A DNA stretch of 64,000 nucleotides from Octopus vulgaris. Lineage: Eukaryota. The translations under genes were made by a program, and so were the position numbers. The notes beneath the pieces were generated by a model. That model did not search any database, was not told the DNA's origin, and saw only the letters and a program-made list of their open reading frames with translations. Where the stretch lies: NCBI GenBank assembly GCA_951406725.2, contig OX597819.1:55986001-56050000 (forward strand), in the 5' to 3' direction. Shown piece after piece: positions 12,800 through 27,466 of this stretch (position 1 is its first letter; each line of letters opens with the position of its first letter).

Positions 12800-14928
12800 C
12801 GAGGTCTGATCAATAGATATCCGGACTGTTGCTATAGCACGCAGAAAAAAAACGCTTGACACAGATTGACCTTGAACTCTGCTGTGCATGCGCACTAAGT
12901 TTTAACGATCTCGTTCACTTTCGCTGTATACGGCAGTGCTTAGAAGGAAGGTATGTAGTGTGTGATCGTTGCATTGACTATGAGAGAGAAAGTAATCATG
13001 GCGACACCTGCTCGGAGGCCTACGAAAAATTGCAGAAAGTGTATGGAGAGGAGCATATTATGAGCCGCATACAAGTGTACAAGTGGTTCAGACGTTTCCA
13101 AGATGGTAGAAAAAATGTCGATAGTGACGAACCTTCTGGAAAGCAGAAACCAGTAGAATTGAGAAAAAACATCGCGGATGGGCGTGCAGCTGTGAGGAGA
13201 ATCGTCGAATCACCTTCCGTAAGTTATCAGAGGATGTACAGATTAGTTGCTATTCAGTTCAGTCCTTTACTACTGAAGATTTGGGTATGAGACGCGTGGC
13301 TGTCAAGTTTGCACCAAAACTGCTTTCAGCTGACCAAAAAGACGCTCAGGTTTCAGTTGCACAAGATCTTTTTCATTGTTTTTGAAAACTGTGCGTAAGC
13401 TTCTGCGCAGGTATCGCCAACCTTTTGCCAAAATTGAATGCAGATTCTCTGCTCAACTTTCTCTGTCATGTTCGATACGACGATCCCAGGCTACACATCT
13501 TCCTTCCAAGTACTACTATAAACAGCGGAAGTGAGTTAGGACATCAAAACTTAGTGCGCATGCACAACAGAGTTAAAGGTCAATCTATGTCAAGTGGCTT
13601 CACTCTGAGTACTTTAGCTTCGTTACTATGAGAAGAGTTCGGATATTGGGTTGGCAACTAAGTTCCCGCCGTTTTTAAAATTTTGGCATCTATTTTTTTA
13701 GAGAATTCTATTTTTGAATCATTTTGGAATCTATTTTTTTTTCTAGTTGCTTTGAGTTAATTTTTGTTTATTTTCAGATCATTAAAATGGAATGTCAAGT
13801 TAAGAAAAACGAGCATATTCGATACCTCCTTCTTTTTGCTTTTAATCAAGGTTCTAAGGCCGCAAATGCTGCCCGCAACATTTGTACTGTGTATAGAGAG
13901 GGTACGACAACTGAAAGAACCGCTCGTGATTGGTATGCCAAGTTCAAAATGGAAATTTTGACTTCAAAGACGCTCCTCTTTCTGGCCGTCCAGTTGAGTT
14001 CGATGAAGAGTGATTAAACCAACTTTTGCACGAAAAGTCTCGTCAAACGACAAGGGAACTGACAGAGAAAATGGAATGCTCCCACACTGCTATAGAGAAG
14101 CATCTTCACTCGATGGGAAAGGTTAAGAAGTATGGAACATGGGTTCCGCATGCTTTAAGTGACAACAACAAAAATCAACTAGTCACAATCTCCGCTGGTT
14201 TGCTTGCTCGTCACCGCTCAACTCATGGACACAAGCAACGATTTCTTTACCGAATCGTTACTGGCGACGAAAAATGGTGACTGTACATCAATATGATGCA
14301 GCTTAAGGAATGGCTTAGCCCCGGTAAACAAGCGACGCCACGAGTGAAACAAGATCTTCATCCGCGTAAAACGATGTTGTGCGTGTGGTGGGACTGGGAA
14401 GGGATTATCCATAACGAATTGCTTGAACGGAACCAAACGGTCAACACAGAACTCTATGTTCAACAGATGGAACGATTCATCACGGCTATTCAAGAGAAAA
14501 GACCTAATCGGCAGCATGGAGTTCTTCAGCTGCACGACAACGCCCGCCCTCATATTGCCAATATGACCAAGAAAGCTATTCAAACGCATGGCTGGGAAAT
14601 GCTGCCACACCCGCCGCACTCTTCTGATATGGCCCCAACGGATTTCCACCTCTTTCGATCTTTCAAATGCTATGCGCGGAGTTTCGTTCAATACTGATGC
14701 AGAATTGGGAGCTTGGTTAGATCAAGTTTTCAAGACGAAATCGGGGGGTTTCTACCAACAAGGTATTGAAAATCTTGCTGAACGTTGGGAATAAGTTGTA
14801 AACAACAAAGGTGAATACGTTATCGATTAATTAGCTGTTATTTTTTTTATTAAACCTTTTAATAAATTTAAATTTAAAAAACCGGCGGTAACTTAGTTGC
14901 CAACCCAATACTTATTGATCAGACAACG
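12800..14928 (+). mobile_element. Non-autonomous mariner-type element made of two inverted 5' ends, interrupted in its right TIR by another mariner
   Basis: Left TIR CGAGGTCTGATCAATAGATATCCGGACTG. Transposase HTH relic EAYEKLQKVYGEE..MSRIQVYKWFRRFQDGR. Inverted 5' end copy at about 13390-13645. The remainder of the TIR (CTTATTGATCAGACAACG-TA) lies at 14911-14930. Confidence 0.8.
13646..14908 (+). mobile_element. Full-length but inactivated mariner (DD34D) transposon
   Basis: TIRs TTGGGTTGGCAACTAAGTT / AACTTAGTTGCCAACCCAA, with TA duplication at 13644-45 and 14909-10. Transposase at 13787-14830 shows WVPHAL, TGDEKW, LHDNARPH and HPPHSSDMAPTDFHLFRS, broken by stops and frameshifts. Confidence 0.95.
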
Positions 14929-14940
14929 TATATATACATG

Positions 14941-15033
<93 letters not shown>

Positions 15034-15301
15034 GTTTAAGTAGTTGAATGAATTATCCTAGTATGGATAATTCGGTTAACCGATACCCGGGTAGCAAATT
15101 TACGTCAGAAAGCACGGTTGAAGCTACATGCCAAGGGCAGAAATCACGTGCTTTAGTGTGGAAATTTGTGTGTTTTTTTACTGAGAAGACGGCATAATGC
15201 ACCCTTTATTCCTTCGGAATTAAGAATATGCAGTCTTCGAAACATGTGTCGAGAATAAAGGAATTTTGTTAAATCGTCGTTCGACTCCATTCTTTCATTT
15301 A

Positions 15302-15855
<554 letters not shown>

Positions 15856-15870
15856 ATACAAACATATAGG

Positions 15871-15901
<31 letters not shown>

Positions 15902-16426
15902 CTATGTATATATATATGTGTGTGTGTGTGTGTGTTTGTGTGTGTGTGTGCATGTGTGTAAATGATGATGATGACAGCTTCATCTTGACAGATGATAGCC
16001 GTCCCATCAACATACACATCATACCCCATCACACAGCACAATGCCTCCGTCGATGTGTTCTCAGATGACTTTAAGACCAGCTGCTCACTGACAGAGTTCA
16101 AAACACAATTAACAGCTATTATTCAAGTTTCTTTTACATCTTTGCCCTTTGGAATTTGATTCTGAAGGAACATTTTGTGAACTAGCATATGTCTTTTAAG
16201 CTTAGATAGTGTCCTAGAAGTTTTCTGACATATAATACAAGTTGTAAGAGGCGGTTGGGGGTATTTCGATTTTCATGTGACTTCATGATTCACGTATCCT
16301 GCTTTTGACAACAGAACACGATCGCACACAATACATATCCAATATTCACTGTTTATTTAGTTCCAATTGTTCCTTTTAAGTTCAGAGTGCTGAATAATCT
16401 TTTCTACATAGACGTTGCAACCACTC

Positions 16427-16732
16427 CCAACAGCACCTCTCCAGAGCATCAGTTTCCCAACAGCACCTCTCCAGAGCACCAGTTTCCCAACTGCACCGAT
16501 CCAGAGCATCAGTTTCCAAACCGCACCTCTCCAGAGCATCAGTTTTCCAACAGCACCTCTCCAGAGCACCAGTTTCCCAACAGCACCTCTCCAGAGCATC
16601 AGTTTACCAACAGCACCGATCCAGAGCATCAGTTTCCCAACAGCACCTCTCCAGAGCACCAGTTTCCCAACAGCACCTCTCCAGAGCATCAGTTTACTAA
16701 CAGCACCGATCCAGAGCATCAGTTTCCCAACC
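16427..16732. repeat. 30-bp minisatellite, about 10 copies
   Basis: Unit CCAACAGCACCTCTCCAGAGCA(T/C)CAGTTTC, with a recurrent CCGAT variant in units 3, 7 and 10. Confidence 0.95.
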
Positions 16733-17389
16733 ATTTTTGTTCATAGCTAGTTTCTTCAGATTTTCCTTCACACAGTCTTCATATATATAGCATCTATAAG
16801 TATTTTTTCTTCTACAAGACCAGAAAAATTATTTCTCCTCCGATCAGTTGCTGGATCTCTTGAAGATACTGTACTGCTCCTCATATAGCGGCAGAAGTTT
16901 AACGAGTTTTCTCAATACCACTTGTGAAACGATAGTGGTGGTGGTGGACAAACACAACATAAACAGGCCTCTTCACAGTTTTGTCTACCACATTCTCTTA
17001 ATAAGGTACTGGTTGGTCAGGGATTATAGTAGAAGACACTCATCCAAGGTGTCACACAGTGGAACTGAACCCCAAACCATGTAGTTGCTAAGCAGACTTC
17101 TTAGCTACAAACACACCTAATTTATTACAACTGTTCATCATGATTGCCAATCTAACTAACATCACGTGCAGATTTATTCTCGAACCGCGATTCATATCAA
17201 CACTAGACAAATGCGTCCCTCATACAAAAGAAAATGAAAAACAATAGAAATAGGAAAGTAAATATTCAGCCAAAGGTTATAACAAAATTTAGTGTTTTGG
17301 ATCTGGTCTACAAAACGGGCGAAAATGGAGCATACAGAGCCTGACATCTCCAGAAACAAATAAGCCATTATCTGACTAATATAATTCTT

Positions 17390-18435
17390 TGTACTAGACA
17401 CATGGCCTCAAATTTGTGGGGAGGGGACTAGTCGATTACATCAACTCCAGTGTTTCACTAGTACTTAATTTATCGACCCCGAAAAAATGAAAGGCAAATT
17501 CGACCTTGGCGGAATTTGAACTTAAAACGTAGAGACGGGCAAAATACCGCTAAGCATTTCGTCCTGTGTGCTAACGATTCTTATTTCTTTATTGCCCACA
17601 AGGGCTAAACATAGATGGGACAAACAAGGACAGACAAAGGGATTAAGTAGATTATATCGACCCCAGTGCGTAACTGGTACTTAATTTATAGACCCCGAAA
17701 GGATGAAAGGCAAAGTCGACCTTGGCGGAATTTGAACTCAGAACGTAATGGCAGACGAAATACCTATTTCTTCACTACCCACAAGGGGCTAAACACAGAG
17801 AGGACAAACAAGGACAGACAAAGGGATTAAGTCGATTATATAGACCCCAGTGCGTAAATGGTACTTAATTTATCGACCCCGAAGGCGGCGAGCTCGCAGA
17901 AACGTTAGCACGCCGGGCGAAATGCTTCGCAGTTTTTCGTCTGCCGTTACGTTCTAAGTTCAAATTCCGCCAAGGTCGACTTTGCCTTTCATCCTTTCGG
18001 GGTCTATAAATTAAGTACCAGTTACGCACTGGGGTCGATATAATCGACTTAATCCGTTTGTCTGTCCTTGTTTGTCCTCTCTGTGTTTAGCCCCTTGTGG
18101 GTAGTAAAGAAATAGGTACTTAATTTATCAACCCCGAAAGGATGACAGGCAAAGTCGACCTCGGCGAAATTTGAACTCAGAACGTAACGGTAGACGAAAT
18201 ACCCATATCTTTACTACCCACAAGGAGCTAAACACAGAGAGAACATACAAGGGTAGACAAACGGATTAAATCGATTATATCGACCCCAGTGCGTAACTGG
18301 TACTTAATTTATCGACCCCGAAAGGATGAAAGGCAAAGTCGACCTCGGCGGAATTTGAACTCAGAACGTAACGGCAGACGAAATACGGCTACGCATTTCA
18401 CCCGGCGTGCTAACGTTTCTGCCAGCTTGCCGTCT
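17390..18435. mobile_element. Cluster of tandem and inverted SINE family B units
   Basis: Repeated core GTCGACTTTGCCTTTCATCCTTTCGGGGTCGATAAATTAAGTACCAG. About five minus-strand cores surround one plus-strand copy at about 17883-18115. Confidence 0.85.
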
Positions 18436-19202
18436 TGTATCTGACAAATATAATAGAAAGTTAACTAAAGACCGTACTTCACTTCTCAAGTTTCACAAAT
18501 GTATGGGAAAAAGCATGGACGCGAGAGGAATATGTTTCTATTCAGCATGCATATTTTACAGCTACACCCCACTCGCAAATGGAAAGTACAACAATAATCT
18601 ATTATATGATATGGATGGGGAACATATAACAGATCTGAACGTAATGTTTGACGCAATATATTAGTTAATTTAAGTAAACACATTTCCAAACTCAGAACAA
18701 CTAAAAGAAATGATAAATAACGAAACACAAGTAACACACACAAAATAAACAAAACTAAAACACCGAAAGTCGCAAATCACGAAAATAGATCTAAAACATG
18801 CTAAATGAACAAAATGATAAATAAATATAACAAAACTAAATTCTAGATCACTTATACAATACTGGTCATTAAAACCTGAACAAAACAGTATAAAGAAAAA
18901 TATAAATAGAAGTGATTATGAAGATTTAAGAATAGGAAACTCTCTAAGAGGAAATAAAAAAAATAAAAAAATAATAACTGGTCTTCTTATATAAGCATTA
19001 CAAAAGTATATTCCAAGGATATTCACCGATAAAATCATGACAGAAATAAAAAAATTAAACCAGCTTGGAATATTCCTTTTACAACGGAGATATAATTCTA
19101 TGTATTATAATGGTTATCTGCAGATTTGTTTGTCATTTGCTCATGATAAATATAATGTATCTACTTAGGGTGCTACTAATTGCCAATATTTCCATGATCC
19201 TT

Positions 19203-19420
19203 AAGGCGGCTAGTTAGCAGAATCGTTAGCACGCCGGACAAATGCTTAGCGTCATTTCGACTCGTCTCTACATTCTGAGTTCGAATTCCGCCGAGGTCAG
19301 CTTTGACTTTCATTCTTTTGGGATCAATAAAATGAAAAAATACCAGCCTATCACTGGGTTCGATGCACTCCATTTACATCCCTCTCCCAAATTTGCTGGC
19401 TTTGTGCAAAAATTTGAAAC
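19203..19420 (+). mobile_element. SINE family B
   Basis: GGC...GCAGAATCGTTAGCACGCCGG head, GAGTTCGAATTCC B box and family B core. Further copies at about 27905-28125 (+), 37491-37685 (+), 44550-44730 (-) and 61915-62100 (-). Confidence 0.75.
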
Positions 19421-19669
19421 CACTATGTCTATTTTCCATGCGTGTTTGTGTGTGACACTTCAAATATTTTCTGTGAGTTAATCTGTGATCAGACCTATTT
19501 TTTTTTATAGTCTTCGATTATTGCTTTTTCTGATCAGTAATTGATCTTTACAGACATATTCCCTATGCTTTTCTAAAAGCATGTTTTTTTCCAGATGATA
19601 ATCTAATCTCTGCAATATTATTGTAGTTATTAAAGCTCGAAACTTCGGTTGCCTTAATTTCGGGACGCC

Positions 19670-19738
<69 letters not shown>

Positions 19739-19825
19739 AACAAGGATAATATCGATATTTAAATATCGATATTATCAAGTGGCCAGCATGGGAAAAAATA
19801 GCGTACAAAGGTAATAATTTTTTAC

Positions 19826-20601
19826 AACTAAAAATAAGGGTATCTAAGAGACACCACCATGCCGAAATAGCAGTCAAAACCCTGACTTTAAAAACCACGT
19901 TAAATGTTCATGTCGTACCATGAGATAAGACAGAGGGACAAAATAGACTAGCAAAAAATATTATTGAATAATTCAAGATCCAGGATTTCTGGTTTTGCTT
20001 TAAATAAGCTTTACCGTCATCGACTGAATATATCAGGAGCACATAAATACAGATACATATATGCAGAACAAACGATATACTTACATATACGAACGTCCAT
20101 ACATACATATATATGCACGTATGTACAAGGCCAGTTAAATTGCCCGCCAAAACACCTCATAAGCACTATATGGTCAAAATAAACACCGCAGTGAATATAA
20201 TGACGAATTACATAAATTTATAAAATTTATATTCACTGCGGTGTTTATTTTGACCATATCGTGCTTATGAGGTGTTTTGGCGGGCAATTTAACTGGCCTT
20301 GTGTATACGTGCATATATATGTATGGACGTTCGTATATGTAAGTATATCGTTTGTCCTGCATATATATATATATATCTGTATTTATGTGCGCCTGATATA
20401 TTCAGTCGATGACGGTAAAGCTTATTTAAAGCAAAACCAGAAATCCTGGATCTTGAATTATTTAATAATATTTTTTTCTAGTCTATTTTGTCCCTCTGTC
20501 TTATCTCATGGTACGACATGAACATTTAACGTGGTTTTTAAAGTCAGGGTTTTGACTGCTATTTCGGCATGGTGTTGTCTCTTAGATACCCTTATTTTTA
20601 G

Positions 20602-20603
<2 letters not shown>
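19826..20603. repeat. Long inverted repeat (about 375-bp arms, 26-bp spacer) of a Penelope-terminal-repeat-like element
   Basis: 19826-20200 is the reverse complement of 20227-20603 with few differences. Each arm has a hammerhead-like fold (19971-20029 on -, 20400-20458 on +). Confidence 0.9.
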
Positions 20604-20650
<47 letters not shown>

Positions 20651-21434
20651 ATCCCTCATACATACATACATACATACATACATACATACATACATACATA
20701 CATACATACACACAAATGTATACGTTTGTGTGTGTGATTGGATTCTCAGTTTCTGCCAGCCAAATTCACTCACAAAGCATTTGTTAGTTCACGATTATAT
20801 TAAAAAACACTTGCCAAGGTTACACGCAGGGAAACTGAACCTAGAACCAGGTGGTTGCAAAAGACCTTTGCGGATCTTAGTCGTTCTTCTAGTTCGAATA
20901 CGTTTTTGTTGTCTTCTGTTTCTGATGTATTTGTCTCTCCTTCTTTTTATTCTCCTTTTAATTATCTTGTTCCGTTGTTGATTTCATTAAGGATTTGGAG
21001 ATGTTTTGCTTTATATATCTTTCTCTGCAATTGTTTCCCATGTTATTTACTTCGCTTTGCATATTCCTGTAAGAGTAGATCTTAGAGTAATCAGCTACTA
21101 TGGTTGTGGTTATTTTGTTTAACCTGGTTATATTGATATTCGTATCCTCCTATCAGAAGCTACGAAAAACATATAATGAAGCGAAATACAATAAGTAATT
21201 GCAGGATCTGTAGAAGGATTAATCACATTTTTTCCTGCCTGCCTGCTTTTGATCAAAAGCGAATAAACATACAGACCTCGCAGAGTTGTAGTTTACATAC
21301 ACCAGAAATTATTCAAGTAGTATGATATGAAGTATCAACAGAAAAGAAAAGGTATATGCATGTACTAAAAAATGTGATCATGTTCTGAGACATGCCAATA
21401 CATGGGGACATTTTGAGGATGGTGTAATAGGAAC

Positions 21435-21469
<35 letters not shown>

Positions 21470-22268
21470 CACTAGTGTTACGTGATATATTTGAAAATGA
21501 AAATACTGGAGGAGACATAATATATACCGGGGTTTATCGATGCAAAGGAAAATAACAACAAAAACTGTATAAAAAGTAAAAACGACTTGTAAAACAAATT
21601 GCATCTGCATGAAAAACAAGAACGATAAAAATATTGCACCAGCTATCACAACAAGAAAAATATCGCATCCGTATGAACAAGAACAACATCGAATATTGCA
21701 TAAAAACTTTTTTAAAAAACCTGAAAACTACATCGAAGAATTAAGAAAGAATTGATGACCAGCATGGAAAGTATTCGATAGAAAATTGAAGCTATAATGT
21801 AGGGAAACTTTACAAAAAAGAAGGTTGGATAATATAGAAATGATTTTAAAGAATGGAGAACAATGGATAATGCACAGAGGAGATTTTGAAGAATAAAAAT
21901 AAGAGAAGAGGAAGAAAAAAAAGGGAGAAGAAATATATTCTAAGGTTGCACGAAAGTTGTTTTGTTGCGTGCTTCTACAGGTTGTCTCAAAGTATAGGAT
22001 TTACTTGATACAGAACGAAACTGGTATAACCGTTCACGTTGTATTTCAAATGAGCATAAACTCACTAATTATCTTAATAGCAGCTTATCGGAGTCGTGCA
22101 GATGTATAGTTTAGAAACTAATTGGTGATTAATTGCGATCAGGGATTTCATTAACGGGTATGGTTTCTGAACAATGGATATAGAAGAAGGACGGGGGAAG
22201 AACAAAACTGCTTGAATAGATTACGCGATAGAGGATAGCTTGAAAGAGAGACTGACATACATAGATAC

Positions 22269-22308
<40 letters not shown>

Positions 22309-22486
22309 ACAGACATACACACACACACACTCCCACACACACATACGTACAAGCATCTCTCACTCTGTGTGTATATATATATATATATACACACATATAT
22401 ACGTACATGTGCACATACATTCATATGAATATAAACATGTATGCTTATATATATATACATATATATACACATACATATATACATAT

Positions 22487-22548
<62 letters not shown>

Positions 22549-23489
22549 CATATATATATATACGCATACATATATACATATTGTACATATATATACATAT
22601 ACATATATATACATATATATATATATATATACATACAAGCACATACGCACACACACATAGACATACACACAGATACTCACACACACACACATATATACAT
22701 ACACACATACATATACATATATATATTGATAGATAAGTTGTGAGAGAGTGAGAATGGAAAAGAGAGGCTGAAAGACTGTCGTTGCAAAACTCTTACTTTA
22801 ATAGAATATTAATAACGGAGGACTAGTTCATTTGCTAATTGCTAATGCCAGTGCCATTGTAAAAGAAAAAAACAGAAAATGTGTTTAAGCAAATTACTTC
22901 ATTACATTGATGTCTCCGTGAAACCAGGAATCTATTAAGGATATGTTTCTATAGAAATGCAAGACAAAAAAAGAAAAAAAGAGTAAAAAATGTAAAATAT
23001 TCATTAGAATAAAATGTAATTAACTGAAGAGAAAAATATGCTGTTTGTAGACATCAAATCTGGCAACAACTGTCCAGAGTCAAATTCGAACGTTCATGCA
23101 AATTCGCTGTTGCTGTTGATGCTGTCCTCTTCTTCTTCTTCTTCTTCTTCTGCTGTCTTCTTCTTCTTCTTCTTCTTCTTCTTCTTCTTCTTCTTCCAAT
23201 CAGGACTCACGCCATTAGCCACAAAGAATAATCTCCAATTCGAGCCTCCTCCAAACTACTAAGAATGCGTGTGGCAACTTGAAGATCCACCCACCGCACG
23301 CGATAGACTGGCGGTTGCACGGGCGCAGAAGCTACGTAGTTATCCTCATTCCGTAAACGGTGGCTTTTAACGGGTGGAGAGCTGAACCATCCTGGGGTAC
23401 AGAGGATTCGTAATCTAGACTAGAGTCTGAAAGTTTACCACACCATATTGGGTTACACCATGGTTCCTCTGCTTTGTGGCAGAAGTAGG

Positions 23490-23643
23490 AAGAAAGTGTG
23501 AGAGAAAGTTGTAGTGAAAGAGTACAGCGGGGTTCACCCCCTCCCACCGGAGCCAATAAACACTCACAATACTCGGTCTGGGAATCGAAACCACGTTCTT
23601 ACGACCGTGAGTCTGCTGCCCTAACCACTGGGCCATTGCGCCC
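23490..23643 (-). mobile_element. SINE family C
   Basis: Minus strand GGGCGCAATGGCCCAGTGGTTAGGGCAGCAGACTCACGGTC...GGTTTCGATTCCCAGACCG. Confidence 0.75.
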
Positions 23644-23754
23644 TCTTGCTGTTTTTGTTTAAGTCCAGGTTAGCTATGTTTGAGTAAATTCCGAAATCCT
23701 AGGAAAGTGATGATGGCCTGCTTCGTAATTATACGAAAGGGAGAGAGAGATATT

Positions 23755-23786
<32 letters not shown>

Positions 23787-26162
23787 TGGAGAAAGAGAAA
23801 GAGAGAGAGAGAGAGAGAAATAGAGACAGAGTGACACACAGACAGAGCAGACAGACAGAGTAAGAGAATGAAGGAGGGGAGAAGGTTGAGGAAGTTTTAT
23901 TGTACGTATGAAGTAACGGATCTGACATTTTGAATACTTAACCATACCTATGTTCCCGCTATGACCATTTCCTTTTATTTCCAATCCTAGTATTCCTCGG
24001 ATTACATTATCCAATATGCCACCCCATATTTCTCATTATGAACGTTAAGTCGTTTCTTTACTGAGAAGAGTTTGGCTGTTATTTTTAGTAAGTTGATCGA
24101 CCAGATCATGGCCGGGTGGCGGTGGTTATGGTGGTTAAGTTTTAAGTTTCTTTCGATACACATTGAACGATTTTCAGTCTGATAATGGTACGGAGAGAAA
24201 AGCCGACAAGAACAGGGAACAGAGAACAGAGTGCCTCAATACGGTTTAAATAATCGTTTTTAATTGTTCTGATTTACTCCTATTGGTTGCTAACATTATT
24301 GTCAAAGACGCATCCATTTCATAGTTGACGACGGTGGTGGTAAAGACAACGGCATTACTCATCCACTGGTAATTTATGAATAGCTAGCTGTGTGGTAGGA
24401 AGCTTGCTTCTCAATCACATGATTCCGAGTTCAGTCCCACGGCGTGGCACCTTGGGCAAATGTCTTCTAGTACAGCCCCGGGCCGACCAAAAACTTGTAA
24501 GTGGATGTGGTAGGTGAAATCAGAAAGAAGTCCGTCGTATTACACGCACGCGTGTAATACGTTTGCATAGACACACACGCACACATAGATATCCATCTAT
24601 ACCTACATACTTATTCTTTGTTTTCTACATGTACAAGTAATGTCTCGTAGCCTAGTGGACCATGACTTTAGAAAGAGTTGATTAAGCATTACTTTACCAG
24701 AGATATCAAACGAACCAGGTTTAGGATAGGAAACTAACAAAAAATAATTCCTTTAATTACTCACCACTTTCTTCACAAGCAACAATAAACTATACAAGCA
24801 AATATTTACAACAAAGACAACTAAGTTAAATGAATTTGATAGTCTGTATCGTTTGATAATTAATCTCAAATTAATTTTTAGCTAGTTACAAATGTTATTA
24901 TATCATCAGTCAAACTAATTGAGTTAACAGATCTAACCAGTGAAACTGTTCTTTCACTTCAACTAGAAAATGAAATTGTACAATACCTGTAAAATGACAC
25001 TTGATTTATAAATCAAAGTTAATTCAATATGACATGGTAATTTCACTTTTGCGACTACGACAACACCGTATAATCGCATAATTGATTTTTTATACATTTT
25101 TGTTTTAAAATATGCAGTTGACATTTCTGTTTTACGAAAGCAAAAATTTGTTGTCCTACAACAGAAAACTCATTTACGAAAATGTTAACAACTTGGTCAG
25201 GTCATTTGAATTCAATTTGTCCTCTACTGCTAATATGTAGGCAACGTTTTACATGGTGGAGAAAGATTTTAGCTCTTTTGATCGCTGACGATATCATGTA
25301 GGTAGCAGTCTACCTGTTAAAGAAACTTGTCAATTTAGATAAAATATGGTTGTAACTGAAATTGAACGGTTGTTCTGAATCCGTCCCTTGTTTACTTTAC
25401 AGGTTTCAACAAACATAAATATGTAAACAGGGTCATGTCTTTAGTATTGCATTATATCTTAATAAATGGAAGTTCACATATATCAGGAGCTGAAACATAA
25501 ATCTGGTTATCAGAAAAAAGATTAATAAAGTATAGCCAACGCAGATGTCATTTTTAAATATTTTCTTTTTACTTAATACCGACAACCTAAAGTATGTAAG
25601 TGGTACAAGACTCTAAACAGAAGTTATCAGCGATGGAAGATTTTAATTAAACGATTTTAATTTAAAGAAAACAATTGATTGAAACTACACTTCAAACATA
25701 TTATCGTTTAGATTTGAAAGTAACAATTACATTTTGGTTCATCAGAACACTAATGAAGATCTAATTTTAATACAATGATTCAAAGGCAGACATCGTTAAT
25801 AGTTATTCTGTTAACTTCTGATGAAGATTTTTTCTTTGGTCTTTCAAAATTGGCGCGGCCATGGCTGAGCTATTTAGAAGTTTGTTTTGAAACAATTTAG
25901 CTTCGGATTGAAGACCATTAACATATAGATAAGGAAAGTGTCTTCTAGAGCTTAAAACTGTATTCTGCTCTAGCTTAGAGCTGACATGTTCAGGTCTTCC
26001 ATGTTCTAGCTCAGCATCTTCCTCCGCGTCTTCTGTTATCTCCTAAGGCTGACATATTCAGAACCTTCTTGTCCTTTACTATAGTCTAAGGCTGACGCGC
26101 ATGCACGCACGCGCGCTCGCACACACACACACATATACGTACACACACACACTGATGTATTA

Positions 26163-26377
26163 CTCTTTTACCTGTTACAGTCATTTGACTGTGGCCATGC
26201 TGGAGCATCGCCTTTAGTCTAGCATATTTCCCCAGTAATTATTCTTTGTAAACCTAGTACTTATTCTATCGGTCTCTTTTGCCGAACCGCTAAGTTACGG
26301 GGACGTAAACACACCAGAATCGGTTGTCAAGCGATGTTGGGGGGACAAACACAGACACACAAACATACAGCCCCCCC

Positions 26378-26423
<46 letters not shown>

Positions 26424-26588
26424 TCGACGGGCTTCTTTCAGTTTCTGTCTACCAAATCCACTCACAAGGCTTTGGTTGGCCCGAGGCTATAGTAGAAGAC
26501 ACTTGCCAAAGGTGCCACGGAGTAGGACTGAACCCGGTACCATGTGGTTCATAAGCTAGCTACTTACCACACAGCCACTCCTACGCCT
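26163..26588 (-). mobile_element. SINE family A, full length
   Basis: Complete head to tail. Other copies at 37697-38093 (+), 43724-44210 (+), about 51835-52212 (-) and about 57500-57920 (-). Partial copies at about 4810-4920, 16960-17110, 24385-24540 and 28283-28400. Confidence 0.85.
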
Positions 26589-27390
26589 ATTGAGAACATC
26601 AGTGTCAGCTACTCTAGCCCAGGGCTGATATCTTCAAGGTCTCTATGTCATTTACTACAGCTTAGGCCTGACATAAAAAAGGACATCAGTGTTGTCTTCT
26701 GTAGTCTGTAGCTGAGAGTGATAAGGGGGATGTAATAAGTCATTCTCAAACCGGAGACATAGGCGGTAGACTTGTAAAGGAGAAATTTACAGTTACTCTA
26801 TCCACATTACCAGCTCAGGTTTACACCCGTAATTATTGGGGCACTGAGGTATGTAACATACTGCCTAAATGCCGATCTTGCGAAATTAGGCTTCTGAAAA
26901 CCAGAAAGGAGAAAGCTGATTCGAAGACTACAAATCCAATTCATCACTTGAACTGTAAAAAACTGAAAAACTTTCCAGACGTTTATCATTTAAGTATATA
27001 TGAGCATGTCTAGATATGCAGCTATATGCATAAGCATACATACATAAAACAAAACATACAGATCTGCACACATACATACATACATACGTAATGCATACAT
27101 ACATACGTAATGCATACATACAAAAACACACAGTTGATGTTGTTGAAATTCCAATGAAGGAACCTTGGATCTAGGTTAGAAACCGGCTCTTTCTCTATTG
27201 GGAAGGCATCTTGAAATAAATCTGAATAATGACATACTTATATGCGTGCATACATTCATAATTACATAAATACATGATATATATGTGCATACACATAACG
27301 TACACATGCATTTATACGCACATAAGTATATTTATACACATATACATACATGTGCACACATATGTATGTATACATAGTCTTACACACAAG

Positions 27391-27466
<76 letters not shown>

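Noticed and set aside
15180-15252. Hammerhead-like CTGAGAAGAC...GTCTTCGAAACATGT
   Set aside because: Core spacing is wrong and stem I is not evident; too degenerate to call.
16427-16732. CRISPR-like 30-bp repeats
   Set aside because: The units are contiguous with no unique spacers, the context is eukaryotic and there are no cas genes.
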